From positions 20,843 through 84,842 of the forward strand of contig WHTA01000014.1 in assembly GCA_009379825.1 (NCBI GenBank): a DNA stretch of 64,000 nucleotides, in the 5' to 3' direction. Origin of the DNA: Streptosporangiales bacterium. GTDB lineage: Bacteria; Actinomycetota; Actinomycetes; Streptosporangiales; WHST01. The position numbers and the translations under genes were made by a program. Position 1 is the stretch's first letter. Each line of letters opens with the position of its first letter. Below the pieces are notes generated by a model that ran no database searches, was not told where the DNA came from, and saw only the letters and a list, made by a program, of their open reading frames with translations. This document shows positions 36,525-45,800 of this stretch, piece by piece.

Positions 36525-37442
36525 TCAGATGCTGTGGCCGTGGCGGTGCAGGCGGGTCAGCAGGGTGTCAGGGCGCATCACTCCGGACGCGACGGCGAGC
36601 GCCAGGTAGGCGCGGGCCTCGCCGGGGTTGCGGCGTACCGTGCGGCCGGCCCACCGCAGTGCCTCGCTGCGGTGGCCCTGGGCGGCGGTGGCGAACGCGA
36701 TCTGGCCGCTGATCCTGGCGCCGCCGACGCGGGCCTGGCCGAGCTCCGGGTACTCCTGCAGGAACCAGCGCAGCGCCTCCTCCATGCTCTGCCACCGGCG
36801 GACGAAGCGCGTGGCGCTGTGTCTGCGGACGCGCACGTGGACGCCGGGCACGTTGCGTACCCTGCCCTTCCTCGCCGTACGGAGCAGCAGGTCGTAGTCC
36901 TCGCCGAAGCTGCCAGGCAGGTCCTCGTTCACCATGCCGAGCCCGAGCAGCTGCTCGCGCCGGAACACGAACGACGACGAGTGCAGCTCGGCGTGCCGGT
37001 CGCGGATCAGCTCGTCGAGGGTCACCCAGTCGGTGCGCAGGGTGCGGTCGATCGTGCGGTCGCCGTACTCGATCCGCATCCCGCAGGTCACCAGGGCGGT
37101 GTCCGGCGACTCGAGCAGCGCGGGGACCTGGGTGCTGAGCTTGTCCGGCAGCCAGGCGTCGTCGTCGTCGCAGAACGCGATGAGCTCGCTGTTGGTGAGC
37201 ATGATCCCGGTGTTCCTTGCACCGGCCAGGCCCGGCTGCCTGGTGTTGGTGAGCACCACGACCGGGCGGTCGCCGCCGCACGCCAGCGCGAAGTCGGGTT
37301 CCTCGTCGTCGTAGATCACCAGGGTCTGCACCTCGCCGCCGTAGTCCTGGGCGCGTACGGCGTCGACGGCGCGGCGGAGCAGCTCCGACCGGTGCTTGGT
37401 CGGCACGATGACGGTCACGGGTGGCAGCGCGGCGTTGGGCAT
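36525..37442 (-). CDS. glycosyltransferase family 2
   Basis: ATG at 37442. GT-A pattern VTVIVPTKHRSELLRRAVDAVRAQDY and the DDDD acidic motif (FCDDDDAWLPDKL). Confidence 0.8.
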   Translation of the reverse strand: MPNAALPPVTVIVPTKHRSELLRRAVDAVRAQDYGGEVQTLVIYDDEEPDFALACGGDRPVVVLTNTRQPGLAGARNTGIMLTNSELIAFCDDDDAWLPDKLSTQVPALLESPDTALVTCGMRIEYGDRTIDRTLRTDWVTLDELIRDRHAELHSSSFVFRREQLLGLGMVNEDLPGSFGEDYDLLLRTARKGRVRNVPGVHVRVRRHSATRFVRRWQSMEEALRWFLQEYPELGQARVGGARISGQIAFATAAQGHRSEALRWAGRTVRRNPGEARAYLALAVASGVMRPDTLLTRLHRHGHSI

Positions 37443-37730
37443 GTCAGGCCAATCCGTGCGAAGACGACGGGGCGGGCGCGGACAGCGGTCGGTGCAGGAG
37501 CGCGCGGTGACCGCGTGCCAGAACGGGCTGCGACGTGAGCATGCCAACGTCCCCCAATTACTTAGTCCGCCCCGAGCTTGTCACTTCATGGCGCTGATGT
37601 CCGCTTCGTCGGTTAGAGGCTGGCGTGCTGTAGATCTGTCCACAACGGGCTGTGACGACCGGTCTGGCATGCCGCGTGGAGCGAGCAGTTTGGTGAACAC
37701 TGAACCGCGCCGCTCCTGCCGGCGCTGTCG

Positions 37731-38423
37731 TCAGAAGTCGAGCCGCGGGGTGGCGGGGTCGAGGACCACGGCGCGGGGCGGGCCGCCCCAGGTCTGGGTG
37801 ATTGCGGTTGCCAGGGTGTCGAGCAGGCGCGGCATGTCGGTGGCGGCGGTGGCGTGCAGTGCCTCGGCGACGACGAGGACGCTCTCGGTGCCTGGGCGTA
37901 CGGCGGACTGGCCGCTCTGCCGGTTGGTCCAGCGGCGGGCGTGGGCGCGGCGGTCGGCGTCGGCGAAGATCACTTCCCCGGGATGGGGGTGTTCCACGTC
38001 GCCGCCGAAGGTCAGATACGTCTCGTCGCCGGTCGCGTAGCGCACCTCGAGGTGGTCGGTGACGGCGGCGGTATCCAAGACGGCGATGGGCACGGCGTAG
38101 GCCATGGACGTCGCGTTGCAGAGGTCGACGAGCGGGTGCAGCCGCGGCAGCGAGCCCTCCTTGCGGAAGCGGCGCAGCAGCGACTCGGCGGCACAGCGGT
38201 ACTGCGTGGGTTTCAGGCCGAGGGTGGCGAACGTGCGGCGCCACGCCTGGATCTCCGGCAGCTCGCTCTCCGGCGCCGCGGCGAGCCGCTCCTTCGCGCG
38301 GGTGGAGAGGTCGGTGACCTGGGCCGTCACGTCGGCGTCGGCAGTGATGCCGTCGACGGTCAGCGCGACCGGCACCAGGTCGGGGAAGTCCCGCCAGATC
38401 GCTGCGCTGTGCTCGAAGTACAC
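37731..38423 (-). CDS. stand-alone B3/B4 tRNA-binding-domain protein (PheRS beta-subunit editing-domain-like)
   Basis: 230 aa. The pattern ...IQAWRRTFATLGLKPTQYRCAAESLLRR...LPRLHPLVDLCNATSMAYAVPIAVLD... is typical of B3/4-domain proteins. Confidence 0.65.
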   Translation of the reverse strand: MYFEHSAAIWRDFPDLVPVALTVDGITADADVTAQVTDLSTRAKERLAAAPESELPEIQAWRRTFATLGLKPTQYRCAAESLLRRFRKEGSLPRLHPLVDLCNATSMAYAVPIAVLDTAAVTDHLEVRYATGDETYLTFGGDVEHPHPGEVIFADADRRAHARRWTNRQSGQSAVRPGTESVLVVAEALHATAATDMPRLLDTLATAITQTWGGPPRAVVLDPATPRLDF

Positions 38424-38427
38424 GGCG

Positions 38428-38703
38428 TCAGCCGGCGGCCTTCTTCGCCAGCCGGGCCTGGACCTCCGGCCGGCGCAGCGGCGGCATCGTCGGCGGTGGT
38501 TGCCGGCGTGCCGGCAGGTCGTCGAGCAGCCGGGCAGTGATGGTGGCGATCTCTGCCACGGCGGCCTCGAACGGCTCCCTGGTCGCGTCGGAAACGCTCT
38601 GGACGCCGCTCACCTTGCGCACGTACTGGCGGGCGGCGGCTTCGATCTCCTCGTTCGTGGCCACCGGTTCCAGGCCGCGGAGGGTGGTGATGTTTCTGCA
38701 CAT
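38428..38703 (-). CDS. DUF2277-family small protein
   Basis: The start MCRNITTLRGLEPVATNEEIEAAARQYVRKVSG matches the DUF2277 N-terminal signature as I recall it. There is a 4-nt gap to the B3/B4 gene. Confidence 0.6.
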   Translation of the reverse strand: MCRNITTLRGLEPVATNEEIEAAARQYVRKVSGVQSVSDATREPFEAAVAEIATITARLLDDLPARRQPPPTMPPLRRPEVQARLAKKAAG

Positions 38704-38720
38704 GCCGGCCAGGATACGCA

Positions 38721-40046
38721 TCAGGCGTAACGGCGGAACACCTGTCGCACCGGCCGGCCACCCAGCCACGGCGTGGGGTCACCGGCGTCCAGCGCCTTGC
38801 GGTACGTGGCACACGCCTGCCCGACCACGTCCACGGTGCGCTCGATGTCGCGTTCCGACAGCGCGCTGCTGACCACGAACGACGGTGCCAGCACGCCGCC
38901 GGACAGCAGCTCGCGCAGGAACAGGGTGCGGTACTCCTGCGACGGCCTGAGGTCCTCGTCGAGGGTGGTGAAGACCAGGTTGCTCGCCCGGCCGCGCACG
39001 GTGACGTGGTCGGCCACGCCCATCGCCTCCGCCGCCTCGCGGACGCCCGCCGCCACGAGCTCACCGAGCTCGTGCAGCCGCTGCGCGGTGCCTTCGCCGG
39101 CGTAGACGTCCATCACGGCGATCGCCGCGGCGAGCGCATGGGTCTCCGCGCCGTGGGTGGTCGATAGCAGGAACACCCGCTCGTCGTGGTGCCGGATGCC
39201 GCCGCGTTCCATGTGCTCGCGGCGCCCGGCGAGCGCGGAGACGGCGAAGCCGTTCCCCAGCGCCTTGCCGAACGTGGACAGGTCGGGCTGCACGCCGTAG
39301 ACGCCCTGCGCCCCTGCGGCGCTCCAGCGGAAGCCGGTGATCATCTCGTCGAAGACGAGCAGGCAGCCGTACCTGTCCGCGAGCGCGCGCATGCCGGCGA
39401 GGTAGCCGTCCGGCGGTTCGCTGTGGGTGGCGGGTTCCAGCACCAGACAGGCGACCTGGCCGTCGTGCAGCCGGAGCAGCTCGGCGGTGGCGTCCAGGTC
39501 GCCGTAGGGGAACGTGACCGTCAGCTCGGCCACCTGTGGGGGAATACCCGCGGCCATCGGCGTGGTCGCGATGAACCAGTCGTCGGTGGCGTAGAACGGG
39601 TGGTCGCGGCAGATGGCGACGAGTGGACGGCCGGTGACGGCGCGGGCCAGCCGTACCGCCCCCGTGGTGGCGTCCGAGCCGTTCTTCGCGAACTTCACCA
39701 TGTCCGCGGTCGGCACGGTCGCAAGGAACCGCTCGGCCGCCTCGACCTCGATCGCGCTCGGCCGGACGAAGTTGGCGCCGCGGTGGAGCTGCTCCTGCAC
39801 GGCGGCGACGACCCGTGGGTGGGCGTGACCGAGGCTCACCGAGCGCAGCCCGGAGCCGTACTCGATGTACTCGTTGCCGTCGACGTCCCAGACGCGGGCA
39901 CCCGCGCCGTGCGAGATCACCGGGGCGAGGCCGGCCGGGTACTGGTCGTCGCCCTTGGCGTAGGTGTGCGCGCCGCCGGGGACCAGCGCGTGCAGCACCT
40001 CGTTCAGCTCGGCGGAGGACGCGAGTTCGCGGTGCGGTGAGTTCAT
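38721..40046 (-). CDS. class-III PLP aminotransferase (glutamate-1-semialdehyde 2,1-aminomutase-like)
   Basis: LVPGGAHTYAKG..., GSGLRSVSLGHAHP, DEMITGFRW and candidate PLP-lysine TFGKALGNGF. Confidence 0.8.
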   Translation of the reverse strand: MNSPHRELASSAELNEVLHALVPGGAHTYAKGDDQYPAGLAPVISHGAGARVWDVDGNEYIEYGSGLRSVSLGHAHPRVVAAVQEQLHRGANFVRPSAIEVEAAERFLATVPTADMVKFAKNGSDATTGAVRLARAVTGRPLVAICRDHPFYATDDWFIATTPMAAGIPPQVAELTVTFPYGDLDATAELLRLHDGQVACLVLEPATHSEPPDGYLAGMRALADRYGCLLVFDEMITGFRWSAAGAQGVYGVQPDLSTFGKALGNGFAVSALAGRREHMERGGIRHHDERVFLLSTTHGAETHALAAAIAVMDVYAGEGTAQRLHELGELVAAGVREAAEAMGVADHVTVRGRASNLVFTTLDEDLRPSQEYRTLFLRELLSGGVLAPSFVVSSALSERDIERTVDVVGQACATYRKALDAGDPTPWLGGRPVRQVFRRYA

Positions 40047-40585
40047 AGCTGTGCCACCTCGGTGAGCCTGGGAGCCTGCCGGTCGCGTTCGGACATCGCG
40101 GTCACCGGCAGCGGCCAGGTGATCGCGAGGTCGGGGTCGTGGTACCTGATGGTCACGTCCTCCGCCGGGTCGTGCGCGCGGTCGATGCGGTACGACACGT
40201 CGGCGGGGTCGGTGAGTGCCTGGAAGCCGTGGGCGCAGCCGGCGGGCACGTAGAGCGTCGTCTGCTCCTCGCCGGACAGCTCGAACGACACCCAGTTCTT
40301 GTACGTGGGGGAGGCCGGCCGCAGGTCCACGACGACGTCGAAGATCGTCCCGTACGAGCAGCGCACGAGCTTGCTCTCCCCGGCACCGGCGCGCAGGTGC
40401 AGGCCGCGCACCACGCCGAGGGCCGAGCGCGACACGCTGTCCTGGATGAACGCGTTCGGGTCGAGCCCGGCGGCGCGGACCGCGTCGGCGTCGAAGGTGC
40501 GGCAGAAGAAGCCGCGCTCGTCCACGGCCGGGCGAGGGTGGAACAGGAGTACTCCGGTGACGCTGGCGACGTTCTGGACGCGCAT
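40043..40585 (-). CDS. NDP-4-keto-6-deoxyhexose 3,5-epimerase (RmlC-like cupin)
   Basis: DERGFFCRTF, VRGLHLR and YVPAGCAHGFQAL motifs. It has a 4-nt overlap with the downstream aminotransferase. Confidence 0.85.
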   Translation of the reverse strand: MRVQNVASVTGVLLFHPRPAVDERGFFCRTFDADAVRAAGLDPNAFIQDSVSRSALGVVRGLHLRAGAGESKLVRCSYGTIFDVVVDLRPASPTYKNWVSFELSGEEQTTLYVPAGCAHGFQALTDPADVSYRIDRAHDPAEDVTIRYHDPDLAITWPLPVTAMSERDRQAPRLTEVAQL

Positions 40586-40592
40586 GATCTCC

Positions 40593-41804
40593 TCAGCTCG
40601 GCTGCACGGACGGTTGGGCGGGTTCGGCGAAGAGCGTGGTCGCGAGGTCGTGGAACTGCTCCTCGAGCCGTTGTGCGTTCCGCGCGTTCGCCTCCCGGAT
40701 GTCCGCGACGAGGTCGTCGCGTTCGGCGGCGAGCCGGTCGAACGAGGTGACCAGACGGCTCAGGTGGAGGCTGCGCAGTGGGTGACAGAAGTCGGCCAGC
40801 CCGGCGTCGGCGAGCAACGCATCGTTCTTCTCCGCGTAGCTGATCGACACCGTGGGCCTGCCGAGCAGCAACGCGGCGAGCAGGTTGTGGTAGCGCGACG
40901 CGACGACGTAGTCGACGTCCGCCATCGCCCGCAACAGGTCGTCGTAGGTCGTGGTGGGCACGACGGTGACGTCGCCGTGCGCGGGTAGCTGGTCGACGAT
41001 GGCCCGCGTCACGTGTTCGTCGACGGCGTCACCGATGAACAGCCGCACCGCGTAGCCGTGCTCGGCGAGCCAGGCGACGAAGCCGCGCAGCGTGGTGCGG
41101 TAGGTGTCGTGGATGGTGTCCGCCTGCCGGCGGTCGAGCGTGGTGCCGTGGTACGCCATGACGCCGACCCCGACCGTGCGGCCGCGACCGCCGGTGGGCT
41201 CGGGTGCGGGGAGCGCGAACGCCAGGTCGGCGTACACGTGGTCGCCGGTCGTGTCGACCCCCATCCGCGTCATGGCGGCTTTCGACAGCGCGTCGCGGTA
41301 CGAGCGGTAGTGCGCGAGCCTGGCGGCCATCGCGATCAGGTACCTGGTCACCGGCTGGGTGGTGTACGCGGCGCCGACGCAGACGTACGCGACCTTCGTG
41401 CCGAAGCAGCGCCCGGCGAGGCCCAACAGCACCAGCGCGTACGGCACCCCCCACGGACGCAGCGGCAGTGTCGCCTCGAGCACGCCCATGCCGGGCACCA
41501 TGACGACGTCGTGTCTGCGCACCCAGGCCGCGGTGCGGAACGCGTCGGCCAGCTTGCCGAACGCCTTGCGCACCACTGCCGTTCGGCTACGGGTGTCGTC
41601 CGCGGAGTACCAGTGCATGGGAGTGGTCGGCAGGCCGTACCTGGTGGCGATCTCGCTGGGACCGGCGCACATGCAGCTGAGCTCGGCGTCGGGATACCGG
41701 GTGCGCAGCGCGGTGAGCAGTGCGGCCAGGGACGCGTCGTTGCCGGTGTTGCCCGAGCCGAGCAGCCCGAAGAAGCCGACCCTGCGCGGGACCGCCGCGG
41801 GCAT
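40593..41804 (-). CDS. polysaccharide pyruvyl transferase family protein
   Basis: N-terminal GFFGLLGSGNTGNDASL, ~400 aa and a C-terminal ...ASRYHNLLAALLLGRPTVSISY block typical of PS_pyruv_trans. A GGGAGG SD lies within the upstream gene end. Confidence 0.7.
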   Translation of the reverse strand: MPAAVPRRVGFFGLLGSGNTGNDASLAALLTALRTRYPDAELSCMCAGPSEIATRYGLPTTPMHWYSADDTRSRTAVVRKAFGKLADAFRTAAWVRRHDVVMVPGMGVLEATLPLRPWGVPYALVLLGLAGRCFGTKVAYVCVGAAYTTQPVTRYLIAMAARLAHYRSYRDALSKAAMTRMGVDTTGDHVYADLAFALPAPEPTGGRGRTVGVGVMAYHGTTLDRRQADTIHDTYRTTLRGFVAWLAEHGYAVRLFIGDAVDEHVTRAIVDQLPAHGDVTVVPTTTYDDLLRAMADVDYVVASRYHNLLAALLLGRPTVSISYAEKNDALLADAGLADFCHPLRSLHLSRLVTSFDRLAAERDDLVADIREANARNAQRLEEQFHDLATTLFAEPAQPSVQPS

Positions 41805-42773
41805 CTAGGAGCCTCCCGCCTGCCCGGCGATGTCGGCGAACGCCCGCACCGCAGGGCGTTCGGCGACGGTGCCGACGTGCCGGTCCTCCATCCGGGTCGG
41901 CGCGCCGCGCCGCGATCTCGCCGGGATGGCACGGTCGGTGAGCCAGCGCGCGAGCTGGCGGTAGCAGCGCCGCCGCTCGGGCGGCGTGATCGGCGCTCGC
42001 CGTACGGCGGCGACGAAGCCCCAGATGTACTCCGCGAGCAACCGCGCGCGGGGGTGGCGGATGCGGTTCGCCCGCCGCGGGTCGAGGTTGGCGCACCTGG
42101 CGCGCATCGACGGTTGGGCGCGCTCGGCGCGGCCCGGGTGGTCGCGGCGGAAGTAGAGCACCTCGGGCACCTGGTGGAACCGGCCCTGCAGCGCGAGGTC
42201 GGCGACGATGACCCGATCGGCGTGGTGGAAGCTCTCCTGCAGTCTCGTCCGCCGCAGTACGTCGCTCCTGATGACGCCGTAGAAGTCGTCGCCGCCGACG
42301 GTGAAGAGCATGCTGGCGAACCGCTCCGCGGCCGTGGGCGCGTCGGTGGCGAGCGGGTAGTCGATCTGCTCGAGTACCTCGCCTTCGGCGCCGATCAACG
42401 CTTGCCAGGCGTGTGCCAGCACGACCTGCGGGTCGTCGTCGAGCGCCGCCACGCACTTCTCCAGCAACCGCCTGCCGTACAGGTCGTCGTGCGACGCCCA
42501 CTTGAACAGCTCGCCGCGGGCCTGCCGGAAGACGAAGTTGTGGTTCTCCGCCGCACCGGTGTTGGTCGGCTGCCTGAAGTACCTGATGCGGTCGTCCCGT
42601 TCCGCGTACCTGGCGCAGATCTGCCGTGTCGCGTCGGTGGAGGCGTTGTCGGAGATGATCAGCTCGAAGTCGCGGTAGGTCTGGCCGAGAAGTGCATCCA
42701 GTGCCTCGCCGAGGTAGCGCTCGCCGTTGTAGACCGGCAGGCCGACGCTCAGCCGTGGCGTGCTCGTGCTCAT
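41805..42773 (-). CDS. glycosyltransferase family 2
   Basis: ATG at 42773. LSVGLPVYNGERYLGEALDALLGQTY, IISDNASTD and SHDD motifs. Confidence 0.85.
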   Translation of the reverse strand: MSTSTPRLSVGLPVYNGERYLGEALDALLGQTYRDFELIISDNASTDATRQICARYAERDDRIRYFRQPTNTGAAENHNFVFRQARGELFKWASHDDLYGRRLLEKCVAALDDDPQVVLAHAWQALIGAEGEVLEQIDYPLATDAPTAAERFASMLFTVGGDDFYGVIRSDVLRRTRLQESFHHADRVIVADLALQGRFHQVPEVLYFRRDHPGRAERAQPSMRARCANLDPRRANRIRHPRARLLAEYIWGFVAAVRRAPITPPERRRCYRQLARWLTDRAIPARSRRGAPTRMEDRHVGTVAERPAVRAFADIAGQAGGS

Positions 42774-44047
42774 GCTGCAGCCCCTTCCAGGTGTTCGCGT
42801 ACCCCGGCACCGAGGTGCCACCACCACACGCCCGCGCCGATGAGGGTGGCGACCGCACACCCCCAGGCCGAGCCGACCGCACCGGCGGCCACGGCGCCGC
42901 CGAGGCCGCCGGTCACGTACGCCAAGGACACGACCAGCTGCGCCCGTACGCTCCTGCGCGCCGCACCGAGCGCGCGCAGGCCTGCGCCAGCGCCTGTGCC
43001 GAAGCTGGCGTTCATGATCGTCAGCGAGGCGGGCAGCAACAGCGCAGCCGCCGGTTCCCAGGACGCGCCGAGCAGCTCGCGGCCGACGGCGTCCGGCAGC
43101 AACAGGATGAGCGCCGCTCCCCAGAGCATTGCCAGCACCGCCTGTCCGGCGCCCAGCGCCAGGCAGAACGAAGTGAGCTTCTGCGTCGACCGCCGCAGCA
43201 TCCGGGCCGCCTCGGGCACCGCGAACAGACCGACGCCCATCAGCACCATGAAGAACGGGCCGAGCAGGAGTTCCGCACCGCGCACCGCGCCGACATCTGC
43301 GAGCCCGGCGATGGCGCCGAGTCCGTACATCCGGATCTGCGCGCCGCCGCTGAGGCTGACGTTCTCTACCAGGTAGCGAGGAGCGAGGTCGCGCTGCTCG
43401 ACGTACCAGGTGCGTACTGCCAGTGGCCTCGGCAGTATCCGGGTCTGCACGCAGCCGAACAGTGCTGCGACCCCGGCCGCGGCACCCCAGGCGAGCACGA
43501 ACGCGGACACGCTCGGCACCATGCCGGCCACGGCGAGCGCGGGGACGAGTGCGGCCGCCCAGACCAGGTCGTTGGCGCACGCCCGGCCGCCCTTGCCTGC
43601 CGCGAAGAACCCGTAGCGCCAGGAGTCCTGGAGCAGGAGTGCGGGCAGTACCACGCCGAGTGCGAGCAGGGCGGCTCCCAGCTCGCCATCCATCGCGAGA
43701 CCGATGAGCAGGCACAGCAGTCCCGCCGCGACGCCGACACCGACGGCAGCACCTGTCGACCTGGCCACCCCCACCCGCCAGGTGGCAGGCGCGACGGCGC
43801 TGTACCGCACCATGAGCGGGTCGGTGGCGAGCCCGCGGGAGATGTTCACGGCGAAGCCGTAGGTCACGAACGCGAGGCTGAACACCCCGAACCCGGTGAT
43901 GTCCAGCGTCCTTGCCGCCACCACGCCCACGGCGAAGTTGGTCAGGCTGGACACGGCCTGGTCGGTGAGGCCCCAGGAGAGCCTGGTCACCACGCCGCGC
44001 AGCATGCGCGTGCGCGGCCTGGTCGCTTCGCTGACGTCCGTGCTCAT
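42770..44047 (-). CDS. polysaccharide flippase (MOP/Wzx-like, multi-TM)
   Basis: ATG at 44047. 425 aa with ~12 hydrophobic segments and an N-terminal ...LSWGLTDQAVSSLTNF... pattern. It has ATGA overlaps on both sides. Confidence 0.65.
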   Translation of the reverse strand: MSTDVSEATRPRTRMLRGVVTRLSWGLTDQAVSSLTNFAVGVVAARTLDITGFGVFSLAFVTYGFAVNISRGLATDPLMVRYSAVAPATWRVGVARSTGAAVGVGVAAGLLCLLIGLAMDGELGAALLALGVVLPALLLQDSWRYGFFAAGKGGRACANDLVWAAALVPALAVAGMVPSVSAFVLAWGAAAGVAALFGCVQTRILPRPLAVRTWYVEQRDLAPRYLVENVSLSGGAQIRMYGLGAIAGLADVGAVRGAELLLGPFFMVLMGVGLFAVPEAARMLRRSTQKLTSFCLALGAGQAVLAMLWGAALILLLPDAVGRELLGASWEPAAALLLPASLTIMNASFGTGAGAGLRALGAARRSVRAQLVVSLAYVTGGLGGAVAAGAVGSAWGCAVATLIGAGVWWWHLGAGVREHLEGAAA

Positions 44048-45159
44048 CGCCGTGACAGCAGGTGGGGCAGCGGCAGCGGCACCAGGTAGCTCGCGCCCCA
44101 GCCGCCGTCGGCTTCGAGTTGCGTGATCACCTCGTCGGCGATGTCCCAGGTGAGGACGAGCACGACGGCGGGCCGTGCCGCACGCAGGGCGTCGACCGGC
44201 CTGATCGGGACGCCACAGCCGGGTATGCGCCGGCCGTGCTTGGCGATGGCCGCGTCCACCGTGAACGGCAGCAGGTCGGGGCCGACGCCGGCGAGGTCCA
44301 GCAGCACCGGCGCCTTCGACGGTGCACCGTAGCCGAGCACGGTCGTGCCGGCCGCGCGGTGCGCGGCGAGCCGTTCGTGCAGGGCCGTGGCGCAGGCCGT
44401 CGCGCTGTCGTGCAGCGCGCGCAGGGTGTCGGGGTCCGCAAGTCCCGCCGCGCGCTCGGCGTCGAGCACCGCCTGCACAGTGTCGTCGCCGGCCGGCAGT
44501 CGGCGCAGGGTCACCTGCAGGCTGCCGCCGAAGAGCGGCACGTCGTCCACGTGGACGACGGCGAGGCCGAGCGGTGCGGCGAGCGCACGCAGTGTCGAGA
44601 CGGAGAGGTACGACCAGTGCCCGTGCCTGATGGTGTCGAACTGGTTGCCCTGCACCAGCGGGAGCAGATGGTGGAACTCGAGCACCAGCAGCCCGTCGGG
44701 GGCGAGCCGTTCGGCGCGTGCGCGCAGCGCCTTGCCGAGGTGCGGTTCGTGGGCGAGGCCATGCACGTCCACGACGAGTGCCGCCTGGTCGATGTCCGTC
44801 ACCGGCCGGCAGCCGGCCGCGCGCAGGTGGTCGAGCCACGAGCCGCCGTGGTGGCTGGCGAACTCGTAGACGGTCGCGTCGGCGAGCTCCGGGTGCCGGC
44901 GCAGGATGGTGTCCACCGAGCGGACGGTGTGTGCGCGGCTGGTGGCCGACTCGATCGCCAGCGGCGGCTCGGGCAGCTGCGGCTCGACCGGACCGAGCTG
45001 CACCAGCGTGCAGCCACGGCACAGCCACAGCTCCAGCGGCCAGCGCGGGTCGGCGGCCGGGTTGCCGGTGGCGGGGAAGTGGTCGGCGCCCGGTTGCTCG
45101 CCGAGGTCGACCACCCGTTCCACGTCGGGTGAGCCGCAGCCGCGGCAGCCGGCTACCAC
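44044..45159 (-). CDS. C-methyltransferase-like protein (TylCIII/Methyltransf_13+14 architecture) with degenerate SAM motif
   Basis: The Zn-ribbon cysteines are retained (CRGCGS...CRGCTLVQL), as is the C-terminal domain (GYGAPSKAPVLL...). Motif I reads VYEFASHHGGSWL, against VTEVASNDGYLL in the paralog at 46629-47861. Confidence 0.65.
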   Translation of the reverse strand: MVAGCRGCGSPDVERVVDLGEQPGADHFPATGNPAADPRWPLELWLCRGCTLVQLGPVEPQLPEPPLAIESATSRAHTVRSVDTILRRHPELADATVYEFASHHGGSWLDHLRAAGCRPVTDIDQAALVVDVHGLAHEPHLGKALRARAERLAPDGLLVLEFHHLLPLVQGNQFDTIRHGHWSYLSVSTLRALAAPLGLAVVHVDDVPLFGGSLQVTLRRLPAGDDTVQAVLDAERAAGLADPDTLRALHDSATACATALHERLAAHRAAGTTVLGYGAPSKAPVLLDLAGVGPDLLPFTVDAAIAKHGRRIPGCGVPIRPVDALRAARPAVVLVLTWDIADEVITQLEADGGWGASYLVPLPLPHLLSRR

Positions 45160-45800
45160 GTCAGCCTCGCCTTCGTGATGGTGAACGCCTCGGCGTACCG
45201 GCTACGACACTCCATGCCGCGGATCCTGGCCAGGCCGTAGAAGACCTCGTCGTCGAACCAGTCCCGACCGGACTGCGACGGGTAGGCCTTGTTCAGCAGC
45301 TCGACCTTCGTCCGCATCACCTCGTCGTCGAGCGGTACGTAGAGCTGTGGGTTGCCGAGGTCGCCGTCCCACTTCGGTATCTCATAGCCGAGCACCAGCT
45401 GGTCGCGCCACACCGTCGGTGCGAGCTGCGCGAGCAGTCGGTGGTCCTGGTGGGCATCCGTGGGCGTGGGCGCGAGCACCAGGTCCGCGGTGCGGCCGGC
45501 GGCCGTGTGCTCGAGCAGGTCCTTGACGTCCTCCCAGTGCGCGGGCAGCCGGCCGTCGGGCAGCCCGCCCAGGTGCAGCCGTACGTCGCGGCCGGGCAGG
45601 AAGAGCTCAGCCGCGTGCCTGACCTCGGCGCAGCGCTCCGGCGACCCGGTCGCCACCACGAGCTCGGCGGACAGCCGTGGCACGGTCATGGTGAGCTGGA
45701 GCAGCGTGCCGCCGCAGCCGATCTCCAGGTCGTCCGGGTGTGCGGCGAGCGCGACGAGACGCAGTGGCGCGTCGGTCGAGTCCAGGCGCAACGGCAGCAT
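45153..45800 (-). CDS. PIG-L/LmbE-family deacetylase
   Basis: AHPDDLEIGCGGT motif and ...THQDHR... zinc-binding pattern. Confidence 0.8.
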   Translation of the reverse strand: MLPLRLDSTDAPLRLVALAAHPDDLEIGCGGTLLQLTMTVPRLSAELVVATGSPERCAEVRHAAELFLPGRDVRLHLGGLPDGRLPAHWEDVKDLLEHTAAGRTADLVLAPTPTDAHQDHRLLAQLAPTVWRDQLVLGYEIPKWDGDLGNPQLYVPLDDEVMRTKVELLNKAYPSQSGRDWFDDEVFYGLARIRGMECRSRYAEAFTITKARLTW

